Assembly (NCBI RefSeq): GCF_006345805.1
Contig: NC_043000.1
Coordinates: 119,474,001 to 119,538,000 of the forward strand
Direction of reading: 5' to 3'
Length of the DNA stretch: 64,000 nt
Source: Octopus sinensis
Lineage: Eukaryota
Part shown: one piece after another, positions 1 to 11,438 of the stretch
Layout: each line of letters opens with the position of its first letter
How positions within the stretch are numbered: the stretch's first letter is position 1
Position numbers and translations under genes: made by a program
Notes under the pieces: generated by a model
Told to the model about the DNA's origin: nothing
The model's database searches: none
What the model saw: only the letters and a program-made list of their open reading frames with translations

Positions 1-316
1 TCTATCGACTTCTTTGTTTTCCTTTGCTTTTCAAGTGTCCCTAACTCACACCAACTCATATCCTTCCCCATATTTTTAAGATAAAGCCTACCGTACCATT
101 AGAGTTGTATAAGTTATGAGAAAAGAACAAAAAGAAGACACTACAGTAAGATCTAATTTGCCTGGCAGTCATTGTTTTATCTTGTTCACAAACACCTTCA
201 TTTACTACTTTCGCTTCCGGTACAATTGTAGTACAATTGTAAACACTACATCTCTCTCACTCTTCTGTATATTAACGACCTACTTCTGTTACTTTCAACA
301 ATATACATTACCAAGT

Positions 317-613
317 GTGGAGGTGCAATGGCCCAGTGGTTAGGGCAGCGGACTCGCGGTTTCGATTCCCAGACCGGGCGTTATGAGTGTTTATTGAGCG
401 AAAACACCTAAAGCTCTATGAGGCTCCGGCAGGGAGTGGTGGCAATCCCTACTGTACTCTTTCGCCACAACTTACTCTCACTCTTTCTTCTGTTGGTCTG
501 CTCGCTTAGCCAGCGGGGTGGTGTCATTTGAAGGCTAAAACAATGGAAAGCGCATTGTGACCAGCGACGTGTAGCAACATCTGATAGCCTGGTCGGTGAC
601 GGTGATCACGGTG
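317..613 (+). mobile_element. tRNA-headed SINE with 12-bp TSD (only copy of this family noticed)
   Basis: A box TGGCCCAGTGG, B box GGTTTCGATTCCC, short (CGGTGA)-type repeat tail; acattaccaagt at 305-316 and 614-625. Confidence 0.85.
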
Positions 614-1085
614 ACATTACCAAGTAGGTAATTCTTCTTTTTAGAACTCCTTCATCTATTGTATATCAAACCTCAGATATACGTAACCAAGACGTCTGTA
701 AAACCGCAGGCATACTTCTTCCATTTGTTCCTTTTAACAGTGGATAACTAGTTATGCATTTGTAAGAAGACAATATATCTGTTTACTATGTTTAGTTTTG
801 TAAAACACAAAATTAAAACTTACAAATATTGTCTCACAATTTCTGATATCTAATGTTGATCCTGAAGCAGGTTGCCATTCTTGCATCTTTTAACTACCCT
901 ACTATTTATCTTTGATCTTTTATCTTTTTACTTGTTTCAGTCAATAGACTGTGGCCATGGTGGAGCACCGCCTTGAAGAACTTTTAGTCGAGTGAATGGA
1001 CCTCAGTACTCGTTTTTAAGTCTTGAAGGATTTAGTTGAACAATTTCACCGCAGTCCTTACAAGACTGAGCCAGAAAGTAGTGCA

Positions 1086-1404
1086 GGATCTTTACCTTTG
1101 ACCTACAGATTTAAAAAATAATTTTTTGTAACTAAACACTTTCAAACTTCGGACACTGGTAGAATGTGTCATATAAAACATCTTTTACTCTTAGTATTTT
1201 TGAGAAAAACTTATATTCACGAAGTTATTTCATGTTAAAGTAGTCCTGTTTCAGTAATTTCAACCAATCAATGACGTGTGTTCAGCTGAATAAAATTACT
1301 GTGAAAGATGTTTTATATGACACGTTCTACCAGTGTACGAAGTTTGAAAGTGTTTTGTCACAAAAAATTATTTTAAAAATCTGTCGGTCAAAAGGTAAAG
1401 ATCC
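1086..1404. mobile_element. MITE with about 100-bp TIRs (GGATCTTT ends)
   Basis: ggatctttacctttgacc...catcttt at the left is mirrored by aaagatg...ggtcaaaaggtaaagatcc at the right. Confidence 0.85.
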
Positions 1405-2673
1405 GTTGTGCAAATAGAAACTGCCTTACTTACTGACTCACCATCGCATTTAAGCCTGGTACTTATTCGATCAGCATATTTTGTCGAACTGCCAGTTACA
1501 GGAACGTTAAACAAACCAACAACCAGTATTGCTAAGCATTTTGCCCGTCGTGCTAACGATTCTACCAGTTCGCTGCCTTATTGCCAATCGTTACTGATTA
1601 TTAAAGACCATTGCTAATCATTAACAAACGAATACTTTATTTGATAGCATAAAAAAGCATACGGTACTTTTGGGATGTCTCACCCCTCATTAAAAAATTG
1701 GGTTATCTCCCCCCACCCATTTTACGAGAAATATCAGTGCTTTTGGTTATCTCCTTCAACTAAAAAAATTGTTTAACCCTCAATAATAATTTTTGGCGAT
1801 GTTTCGCTTGTCGTAGCACACGTTTCCGTCGATTTCCTCCATCGATTGTCGATTTCCTTAAAAAATGTAAACACTGAATCGGCCATACATACATACATAC
1901 ATACATACATACACACATACATACACACACACATACATACACACACATACATAGATACATACACACACACATACATGCAGACATACATATACACATACAC
2001 CGAGTAAAAAATTTCAGTTATCTCTCTCTTTCACACATTACTCTCTCTGTCTCTTCGCACACACTAACAGAAGCACTTCACTTACACAACATACTGTCTG
2101 TCTCCCACACCCCATCAAACACACACACGGGGACTTCAAAGAGAAATTTCCTCGTCATAAAATCGCTTCCTCTTAGTCTCTTTCGCTCTCATTACTTATG
2201 TAAAAAATGAAAGTTTTTTACGGAAATCGACGGAAACTTGTGCTACGACAAGCGAAGCATCGCCTAATTTTTTTTAATGAAAAAAACAAAAAAAAAAAAA
2301 AACATAAACGGCGGTGCATCAGCATGGCCGCAGCTCTGAGCTGAAACTAGAAAAAAAAAAAAAAGTGAAAAGATGAAATATCGTTTTGAATCAGATAATA
2401 ATTTTATAACAGATCATAAAAAACTGAAAAAAATTAATAAACACGAAAATGGAAAAAATTAAACATCTTACTGAATCTGGTGATATTTTTATAACAAATC
2501 ATACCATGCCTATTGAGAAGGTCAAATGTCAACAATGTGTTGAAGTATTGAATCAAAAGGATCTCTTTTCATCCGGTCTTTTGTCGCCATATTAACTGGA
2601 TTTTTTTAGAGGGGAGATAACCCAATTTTTTAATGGCAAGCACTCTGATTTTATAATAATGATAATAATAATA

Positions 2674-2734
<61 letters not shown>

Positions 2735-2740
2735 TAATAA

Positions 2741-2784
<44 letters not shown>

Positions 2785-2810
2785 ATAATAATAATAATAA
2801 TAATAATAAT

Positions 2811-3405
2811 TCGTTCGTTTATTGGCCACAAGGGCTAACAAAAATCAAAACATAAAGGGACAAAACACGGGACGAAAGTTACAAAGGGTTTTGTCCGTTT
2901 GAAAAAGTCCGTGTACAAAAGCAGGATGACAAATAAGTAACAATTAAAACTCCCAATAGGGGGAGGCGCTTCGAAAGGTTACTCGTGGAAAAACCCATAA
3001 AAGCCACGGGAGCCTGGTATTGTATACAGTGCTCAGGTGCACCACAACTTGTCAAAAGTGTGTATAAAGCATATGCAGTGATGTACAAATGTCTGGGAAG
3101 CGAACAGTGTATGAGTCAGATACATGCTTGCTTGTGTGTATGGAGGGGAGAAAATCAGGTGTAGTGTTGGCGAATCTCAGGAAGCATGTAAGTTTTGAAG
3201 GATGCAGTGCTCCGACAACTAACAACTGATGCCGGCAGTTTGTTCCATACTTCAGCAACTCTTAGCGTCAAAAAATGTTTCCGAAAGTCATGGGAGCTGT
3301 GCTGTTTTCTGACTTAGTAAACATGTCCACGGGTGTTAGACAGATGGAATTTGAAAAGGTGCTCAGAGTTCTTGTTTGTAAGATGGTTTTTGCAGTGCAT
3401 ATTCA
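2811..3405 (-). mobile_element. CR1-clade LINE 3' fragment with UTR and microsatellite tail
   Basis: Minus strand reads NTRGHVY*VRKQHSSHDFRKHFLTLRVAEVWNKLPASVVSCRSTASFK (TRGH...RV...WN.LP is the CR1 ORF2 C-terminal signature); abuts the (AAT)/(AGT) tract at about 2650-2810. Confidence 0.85.
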
Positions 3406-3653
3406 GAAGAAAAAAAAACGTTTTCAATGCATTAAAGCATGTAAAATAGGTTCAACTTTACACATAAGACCTAGCAGTGATTTTTCTTCTTTGAGTGCTA
3501 TCACATGCGGTATTTATTTATTTATCTTTCACGGTTCATTCATTGACTTCCCTTTTAGTTTGCCCCCACTTTATTGACAGCCGTTTTATGTTCAGAGATC
3601 GAAAGATGGCCATCGCTGTTGTTTTTAAAAATTATATTTAAAATAGTTCTTAT

Positions 3654-4070
3654 GAAGGCGGCGAGCTGGCAGAAACGTTAGCACGCCAGGCGAAATGCTT
3701 AGCGGTATTTCGTCTGCCGTTACGTTCTGAGTTCAAATTCCGCCGAGGTCGACTTTACCTTTCATCCTTTCGGGGTCGATAAATTAAGTACCAGTTACGC
3801 ACTGGGGTCGATGTAATCGACTTAATCCGTTGGTCTGTCCTTGTTTGTCTTCTCTGTGTTTAGCCCCTTGTGGGTAGTAAAGAAATAGCTGTTTCATCTG
3901 CCGTTGCGTTTTGAGTTCAAATTCCAACGAGGTCGACTTTGCCTTTCATCCTTTCGGGGTCGATAAATTAAGTACCAGTTACGCACTGGGTTCGATACAA
4001 TCGACTTAATCCCTTTGTCTGTCCTTGTTTGTCCCCTCTATGTTTAGCCCCTTGTGGGTAGTAAATAAAT
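3654..4070 (+). mobile_element. Head-to-tail dimer of SINE family B (GAAGGCGGCGAGCTGGCAG head; central GCCTTTCATCCTTTCGGGGTCGATAAA)
   Basis: Full unit 3654-3888 plus 5'-truncated unit 3889-4070; 16-bp direct repeat tatatttaaaatagtt at 3633-3648 and 4072-4087. The central motif resembles the Meta-SINE domain (recalled, unverified). Confidence 0.85.
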
Positions 4071-4794
4071 ATATATTTAAAATAGTTGTTATAGTTATAT
4101 GTGGAAATTTCTTGCAGATTTGTTAGTGTGTTATTAATATTTTCTCTTTGTTCTTTTTAGATTGGGTTATTACCTTCGCAATTGTTGATGGCTTCCTTAT
4201 CACACGAAGACTAATTCCTTTCTACGACAGCTGGTACTGCTTTCATCATAAACATCATAACTTCACCAAGCATTTCTTTTCCATTTTTTTTATTACTTAC
4301 CAAACAATAAAGAAAAGAGATTGTGAGTGAGAATTGGTTCAACGAAACGTAGTATCAAATACATTCAAATGAATCGGGTCTTATATAGTTCTGATATATA
4401 TATACGTTTTCTTCACCGTGGAAGAGTGAAATGTCAAATCCATCCATGAAGGATTTGAACATAAATGTTCCTGCAAACTTGATGCAATAGAAGTTCGATC
4501 GATCTACCAATCAGTACCTTCCATAACCATAACTATAATACAAACAACTGCTACAATACATTGAACTAGCGAGTTTATATTTAAATTTTTAGATGTAATT
4601 ATAATTATAGAAAAAACATTTATTTACAACAACAACAATAATAACACAGATACTGGAACTGAGACGATCATTGTTGACCTGCAGAAAAAAACGATCTAAT
4701 ATTTTACGAGAATCCTTAGAAAGCTTTTTGAGATTTGAGGAGGCCTGTTGTCACCAAGCCTCAAAACATCAATTTACTGACTAACATAGCATGT

Positions 4795-4796
<2 letters not shown>

Positions 4797-4838
<42 letters not shown>

Positions 4839-4847
4839 GTAATAATA

Positions 4848-4891
<44 letters not shown>

Positions 4892-4894
4892 GCA

Positions 4895-4947
<53 letters not shown>
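4797..4947 (+). repeat. (AAT)n microsatellite abutting the FAM167 start codon
   Basis: About 150 nt of interrupted AAT ending taataaag|ATG. Confidence 0.95.
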
Positions 4948-4948
4948 G

Positions 4949-6109
4949 ATGTGGTCGTCAAAAGATGAAGATGCTCCACAAGATAGTTTGAATACAGTAA
5001 TGATTCTGGCGCAGAAGTTAAAACTGAGCAAACCTGAGACAGGCGTATGTATGTACAATAGCTTTTGCTGTGGCGACATGAAAAAAACGAGTAGTCCGCG
5101 TGATGACAAAAACAGCTCGCAGAGCAGTAAACAATCCGTCTGGCGCTTCAATAGATGTAAAACAAAGTCAGGAACTTTTGTACAATCTAATGGAATTGGT
5201 GATCATTCTCACAGGGATACGGGAGCGATTAATGGAGAACTGAGTCCAATACTGAAAGCAAGAAACCAAATAAATCAGCCGCGAAACCCGTTAAAATCTC
5301 AAACAGCGATTGATATTGATTCTGATATTGACGAGACGACAAGTTCAAATGATAGTGATTTTTCAGATATTTACACAAGTGATGATTGCTGTAAAGAACC
5401 ACCACACGTTGGTCAGTGTCCTGGTTATAATTCTAGCAGTGTGGACAATGCATCTGTAAATAAAAGCCATGTGGTTTATGCGAAGAAACCTGTCGATACT
5501 GTGGTTGAAAAAGACGCGAATGAGAATTTTGATACACACCAGAAGGAAGATACTAAGATCTCTGTAGCAAAAGATATCTCAAGGGAACAAATCTCTTCTG
5601 ATAATACCCAGGCGTTTACTGTTCAAACAAACCAAAAACCCGTCAATCTCATTGAAAAAAACAATGAAGGTTCCTTTACAAACAAACAAACAGCTAGAGC
5701 TTTCTCAACTTCAAAAGAAAGCACGTCATTTTTGCAACCATGTTCTTCTGAGCAAAAAATTCAGACTAATCGGCATGATTTAGAATCAAAAGACTCAAAA
5801 GATTCCTCTGGAGTTAAAGACAATAATTCAAATTCCAGGATTCATCGATTGACTGTTGATAAGAACCAACTTAACTCCAAAGAAATTAACGGGTCTTTTG
5901 AAGATGAGCCTCCTTCATTAGACAAAACAGAAACCGATAAACAAATGCTATCCATCAATAAATGCAACGATTTTATAAGGAACAATTACTTTTCTGAAGC
6001 CAGTGGAACTTTACCAAAAGGCAGTGAGATTAATAACTCCGGAAGAAAACTTTCTGGAAGCAACACACATGACTTTGGTAAAAAACTGAATATTTTACAA
6101 GGAGAATTG
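4949..6109 (+). CDS. FAM167A: FAM167-family protein, coding exon 1 (387 codons)
   Basis: Long non-repetitive ORF from aagATG (A at -3). N-terminal DSLNTVMILAQKLKL resembles the FAM167 motif (recalled FAM167B ESLDSVKALTAKLQL). Ends ...LNILQGEL at TTG|gtaagt (6110-6115), phase 0. A versus B orthology not resolved. Confidence 0.85.
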
Positions 6110-6359
6110 GTAAGTCGGGGTTTACATTTTTCTTTGTCTCTTTGTTTTACCAACCATATTTGATGGTATTGTAGCGTATACTTGAGTGAAATTCCTCTCC
6201 TCTTTATTATATCGAACGTAGCAGACCCCGCTGTGTTCACTACTCTGATTGGTTGGTATTGGCGCAATTTGTCTCTTACTCTGTCGCGCCAATACCAACC
6301 AATGAAAATAGTGGACAAACGGGGTTCAAATAGCAGCCAAAGGCTAGTTGTTGTCTGCT

Positions 6360-6680
<321 letters not shown>

Positions 6681-6781
6681 TAAAATAATGTGACATATAT
6701 AAAGAAAGAAAGAGACCTCAATATTATGTAAATAGAGGAATTTATCTGTAAAATAATATGTGACAATTATTCAATAGCCAA

Positions 6782-6842
6782 GATAAAACTCTGAGTTTCG
6801 GATGCCGAGGTGGAAATCCACAACACAATCTCTTCGGTTATC
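6782..6842 (-). ncRNA. Type I hammerhead-ribozyme-like motif (U4C variant)
   Basis: Minus strand GAUAA-CCGAAGA-[G...GUGG AUUU CCAC...C]-GAAA-CUCAGAG-U-U-UUAUC; helix I GAUAA/UUAUC is perfect. Confidence 0.55.
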
Positions 6843-6952
6843 TGTGACATATTATTTTACAGATAAATTTCCTCTATTTACATAATATTGAGGTCTCTTT
6901 CTTTCTTTTGTTATCTTACCGTTTTTACCAATATATATATATATATAATATA

Positions 6953-7032
<80 letters not shown>

Positions 7033-7345
7033 CTAGCAGTATCGCCCGGCGTTGCTCGGTTTGTAAGGGAAATAACTATATAAGCATTTTTAGAGAGTTA
7101 TAGCCAAAAAATAGGAAAAAAATGCATTAAAATGGAAAAAAAATTAAGGTAAATTTCTTTTTAAATCGTTGACACATCGTAGATATTTTTAGAGAGTTAC
7201 TTCCCTTATATAATAGCGAAAAAAATGCATTAAAATGGAAAAATATGATGGTAAATTTTTTTAAATCGTAGACTCATCGTAGACGCGCGCTAATACCCAG
7301 AAGGGCTCGATATGACTCACGACTATAAGATACCCGGTTTGGTTT
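7033..7345 (-). mobile_element. Non-autonomous Helitron, 3' part
   Basis: Minus-strand end ...ccgagcaacgccggg-cgatactg-CTAG|T (CTAG at 7033-7036), inserted in (TA)n. Confidence 0.7.
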
Positions 7346-7348
7346 TTC

Positions 7349-8300
7349 TTAACCCTTTCGTTACTATATTTCTGACCAAAATACACCCCTTATGTGTTTC
7401 AATTATTTTCTAACGTAATCATAAATTTAGTCTGGTTTCATTAAACAACAATAACTTTTTTATTTATCAATATATTATGTGATTTTTGGAAGATAATTTA
7501 ATGAAATGTCCTCAACCAATTCTATACTATAATTTTTGTCACAAAGTGACTCTAATTGCAGGTAGATACAGGTAAATTCAACAATATATAAAATTATTAA
7601 AATTTTGTTCAAACATCGCTATAGAAAATGGGTTATTAGCTAATATTCAATGGGTATACAACAAAATTTTACGATATAATTTGTTATTCTGGGTAACTTT
7701 CTGATACCCATAATAATATTTATGGCAAAATAGGCCTTAATTTCATTTAAGGTTGTGGGAAATAACAAACTATCCTTTCTTTCGTTTTGTTTACGTTTAG
7801 CATAACAGTTCGTTTCTGCCGTAATGATTTCAAATAGGCTCATTCGAAAAAGTAAATAGAAATAGTTTAAGGCTTTACTCTTCTGGGAAAGTCTGTGGCT
7901 TGGTCCAGTTTCTTCAGAAAAATCACCGAAAGAAACAGTTTTTAAATTTTCACTCCATTCAGGTACCAATTCGTTTTCTTTATCGCTGTCGGATTCACTG
8001 TTTTCACTTTAATAGCTGCAAACTTGCAAAGACAAAGGAGGAGAAGGGTGATAGCGTCAGTGAAACAGTTCGTTCCCTTTGTGTGTGTGTGTGTGCGTTT
8101 GCGTGTGGTGTAAACCACATTAAGAAGAGCATTTGACATATACACCAGAATGTGAGTTTTCTGTAAATTTTGCTTAATTGGAGTTTAAATTTTAAAAACT
8201 TGACCTGGCATGACCCGATGCATTCTACTCTTAAAAATGCTAGGTAAATTGTAATTGAAGAAATCCTATATTGTAGATTTCTATAACTTACAAAGGGAGG
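7349..8300 (-). mobile_element. Degenerate piggyBac remnant (PGBD-type transposase N-terminal fragment)
   Basis: TTAA-CCCTTTCGTTAC end at 7349; ORF 7640-7969 FSEETGP...YFYLLF...IITAETNCYA...PTTLNEIKAYFAINIIMGIRKLPRITNY matches the piggyBac transposase N-terminal region; other end not found. Confidence 0.8.
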
Positions 8301-8350
8301 CAGATAAAATCTGCCTTTATAATAATAATAATAATAATAATATATAATAT

Positions 8351-8429
<79 letters not shown>

Positions 8430-8446
8430 CATAAACATAACGTCGT

Positions 8447-8484
8447 AAGAATTTGAAAAGCTAAACGCGAAACCGGTCTTTCTT
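8447..8484 (+). ncRNA. Minimal type I hammerhead motif with U3-A8 core covariation
   Basis: AAGAAU-UUGAAAA-GC UAAAC GC-GAAA-CCGG-UC-UUUCUU; predicted cleavage after C8478. Confidence 0.6.
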
Positions 8485-8832
8485 CTAAATTATGTCATTG
8501 TAAGGAAAAAAATTTTTTTTTATATTCTTCAGACATATTGACGCAAATATATATATTTTTTAACCTTTAAGCCTTCTGTAGTTTTTTCACTTTTTACTAT
8601 TTTCTCTCTCTCTCTCTCTATATATATATACACATACAACTGCACATGAAGGGGTGTTTATATAAATATATATATATATGTATACACACACGAAGGGTTT
8701 TTAAAAGTATCGCAAAAGATCTGTTTGGAGGCCCAAACTTCCAAGTGCCTTTACAAGGTTTAGAAAAAATAAGGACCACTGCAATTAGTGTGGGAATCTG
8801 AAAGAGAAATATCTCATCTCATCTCATCTCAC

Positions 8833-9291
8833 TCTATATAAACAGCAGTTTGTCTGTCTGTGTGTCTGTGTGTCTGTCAGGTTGTACCCTCACCCTGACC
8901 ACGGCTTTCAACCGATTCTGATGAAACTTGAGACACACATAGCCCAATGTCATAATTCGAAACTAACGCAGCGAAAATTTTGAAAAGTTCCTCCAGTTCT
9001 GAAAAAATCGATAAATTCGACATGGGGTCGAGAATCTAACCTTTTTATATGCAACACATTTTCTGGGCTGTATGTGGGCTGTTCAGGCGTTGGGAGGCAC
9101 AATGATGTTTTCATGTTTTCGCCCAAAGGGACAGCTAGGAACATTCTATACACAGAAGTATTCGAGTGAAGAGAAGACATTGCAACCTACACATGCGCCT
9201 TCGTTCCCTAGAGGGAAAGGACTAGATTGGGATTAGTCGTTGCCTTCTAGGGGCTCTTACATACCCGGGCAACGCCGGGCTATGCTGCTAG
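8833..9291 (+). mobile_element. Non-autonomous Helitron
   Basis: 5' TCTATATAAA followed by a (GTCT/GTGT) tract; 3' hairpin cccgg-gcaacg-ccggg (9264-9279) and CTAG|T at 9288-9292. Confidence 0.8.
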
Positions 9292-9561
9292 TATTGTATA
9301 AAAACATAATTAACTGATCCTCCTGTATATTCTTTTACCCCAAACCAGGATTTTTACAGCAACCCCTCGTACATACGCTTATGTATTTGCTTTAACAGGC
9401 TTCCACACAGTTTTCATGTACCAAATTCACTTACAAGGCATTGGTCCAGTCCACGGTGATAGTAGAAGGCACCTGCGCAAGGAGGCACATACTGGGACTG
9501 AACCCCCGAAAACCACATGCCTGCAAAGTGATCTTCTTAACCGTACAACTATGCCTTAGTC

Positions 9562-9779
9562 TATTCTTTTATTTGTTTCAGTCATTTGAATGTGGCCATG
9601 CTGGAGCACCACCTTTAGTCGAGCAAATCGACCCCCAGGACTTATTCTATGTAAGCCTAGTACTTATTCTATCGGTCTCTTTTGCCGAACCGCTAAGTTA
9701 CGGGGACGTTAACACACCAACATCGGTTGTCAAGCGATGGTGTAGGGACAAACACAGACATGCAAACACACACACGTAT

Positions 9780-9827
<48 letters not shown>

Positions 9828-9978
9828 GACTTCTTTCAGTTTCCATCTACCAAATCCACCCACAAGGCTTTGGTCGGCCTGAGGCTATAGTATCAGACAC
9901 TCGCCCAAGGTGCCACGCAGTAGGATCGAACCCGGAACCGTGTGGTTGGTTAGCAAGCTACTTACCACACAGCCACTC
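9562..9978 (-). mobile_element. SINE family A (tRNA head + CORE-like segment + internal TA/CA microsatellite + GACTGAAACAAGTAAAAG tail)
   Basis: Near full-length copy; about 20 related copies or fragments across the window. CORE-like ACCTTGGGCAAGTGTCTT; likely related to octopus OR-type SINEs (recalled, unverified). Confidence 0.85.
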
Positions 9979-10183
9979 AGGTTTATACATTTTTTAACAT
10001 ACCCCAAAACCATGGACAAAGAGAGAAAAATCATCAGGGATGCAAACACGATTTTGGCTTTACATTAATAAAGAGGTAATGGTGGTGGTGGTGGTGGTGC
10101 GGAGGGGGGGGCAAAGGATTTCAGTTACAATTTTTGTGGGTGATGGTGGTGGTATTTGTCGGTTTTTAGAACTGTTCACCTGA

Positions 10184-10366
10184 CTACTACTACTACTACT
10201 ACTACTACTGCTATTGCCACCACCACCACCACCACCACCGCAGCTACTACTACTACTGCCACCACCACCACCACCACCACCACCACCGCCGCTACTACTA
10301 CTACTACTATTGCCACCACCACCACCGCCGCCACTGCTACTACTACTACTACTACTACTACTACCG
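10184..10366. repeat. Compound (ACT)n/(ACC)n trinucleotide array
   Basis: Direct reading; it explains the poly-T/P/G/S ORFs. Confidence 0.95.
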
Positions 10367-10922
10367 TTGCTCACTTATGTGCCACTCTACCTGCTTACTT
10401 CAGTGTTATATTTATTGCTCTGTGATAAACCACTTCAAGATAACAAACAAAAAACAAAACAAACAAAACAAAACAAAACAATCTCCTATAAACCTCAATA
10501 TTGATAACAATCACCCCTCCCCCCTCCCTGCCCTTTTTTTTTTTTTTATCTCTTCCCATAACTTAATATTCAGTTAGATTTTTTTCGTTTCACACGTGTG
10601 TCCGTCCGTGTGCGCGCCATTAAACAAACGTGCAAACGTCAATCAATCGTGTGGATTTTTTTTCTCACCAGAAATCCAGACTCTATACATTGTGGCCAAG
10701 GATGGCAGTTTTTTTTATCTTTGGTAGAATTAGATATCCCCCCCCCCCCACCCCCCACCCGCCACTTCCATCAAACTTGGGAATAAATCGTAAATCGCAT
10801 TCACTTAATTGGAGAAAAGCTAAAGTGAATAACATGGTTCGTTTTGGAGGACAATTTGAGAGATGGGGAATTATGTACAAAATTATTAACTGCATGTGAA
10901 ACCCAAGTTGACCAAGCCTTCA

Positions 10923-10981
<59 letters not shown>

Positions 10982-11110
10982 ACTACATACATACATACAT
11001 ACATACAACTCGCACATGGTCACACACCCACACACGAACACTTCATAATCACTACACCATACAACGATTCCTTAAAATTGTATAACTAAGAAAAAAATGA
11101 TACTTTCAAT

Positions 11111-11438
11111 TAAAGACTCCGCCGGTTACGACGACGAAGAGGGTCCCAGCTGATTCGATCAACGGAACAGCTTGCTCGTGAAATTAACGTGCAAATGGCT
11201 GAGCATTCCACAGACACGTGTACCCTTAACGTAGTTCTCGGGGATAATCAGTGTGACACAGAGAGTGACAAGGCTGACCCTTTGAAATACAAGTACAACT
11301 CATTTTTGCCAGCTGAGTGGACTGGAGCAACGTGAAATAAAGTGTCTTGCTCAAGGACACAACGCGTCGCCGGGAATCGAACTCACAACCTTACGATCAT
11401 GAGCCGAATGCCCTAACCACTAAGCCACGCGCCCTCAC
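11111..11438 (-). mobile_element. tRNA-headed SINE (family C variant) with 12-bp TSD
   Basis: Minus head GGCGCGTGGCTTAGTGG...GTTCGATTCCC; gatactttcaat at 11099-11110 and 11439-11450. Confidence 0.85.

Noticed and set aside
317-375. tRNA gene (likewise the heads of SINE families A, B, C and E)
   Set aside because: A/B boxes only; no complete cloverleaf or acceptor stem, and each continues into a SINE body.
10060-10504. Poly-Thr/Pro/Gly/Ser ORFs (also the ORFs at 1760-2000, 2592-2831, 4774-5151 minus, 12380-12875, 49287-49627)
   Set aside because: They are translations of microsatellites that lack stops in some frames.
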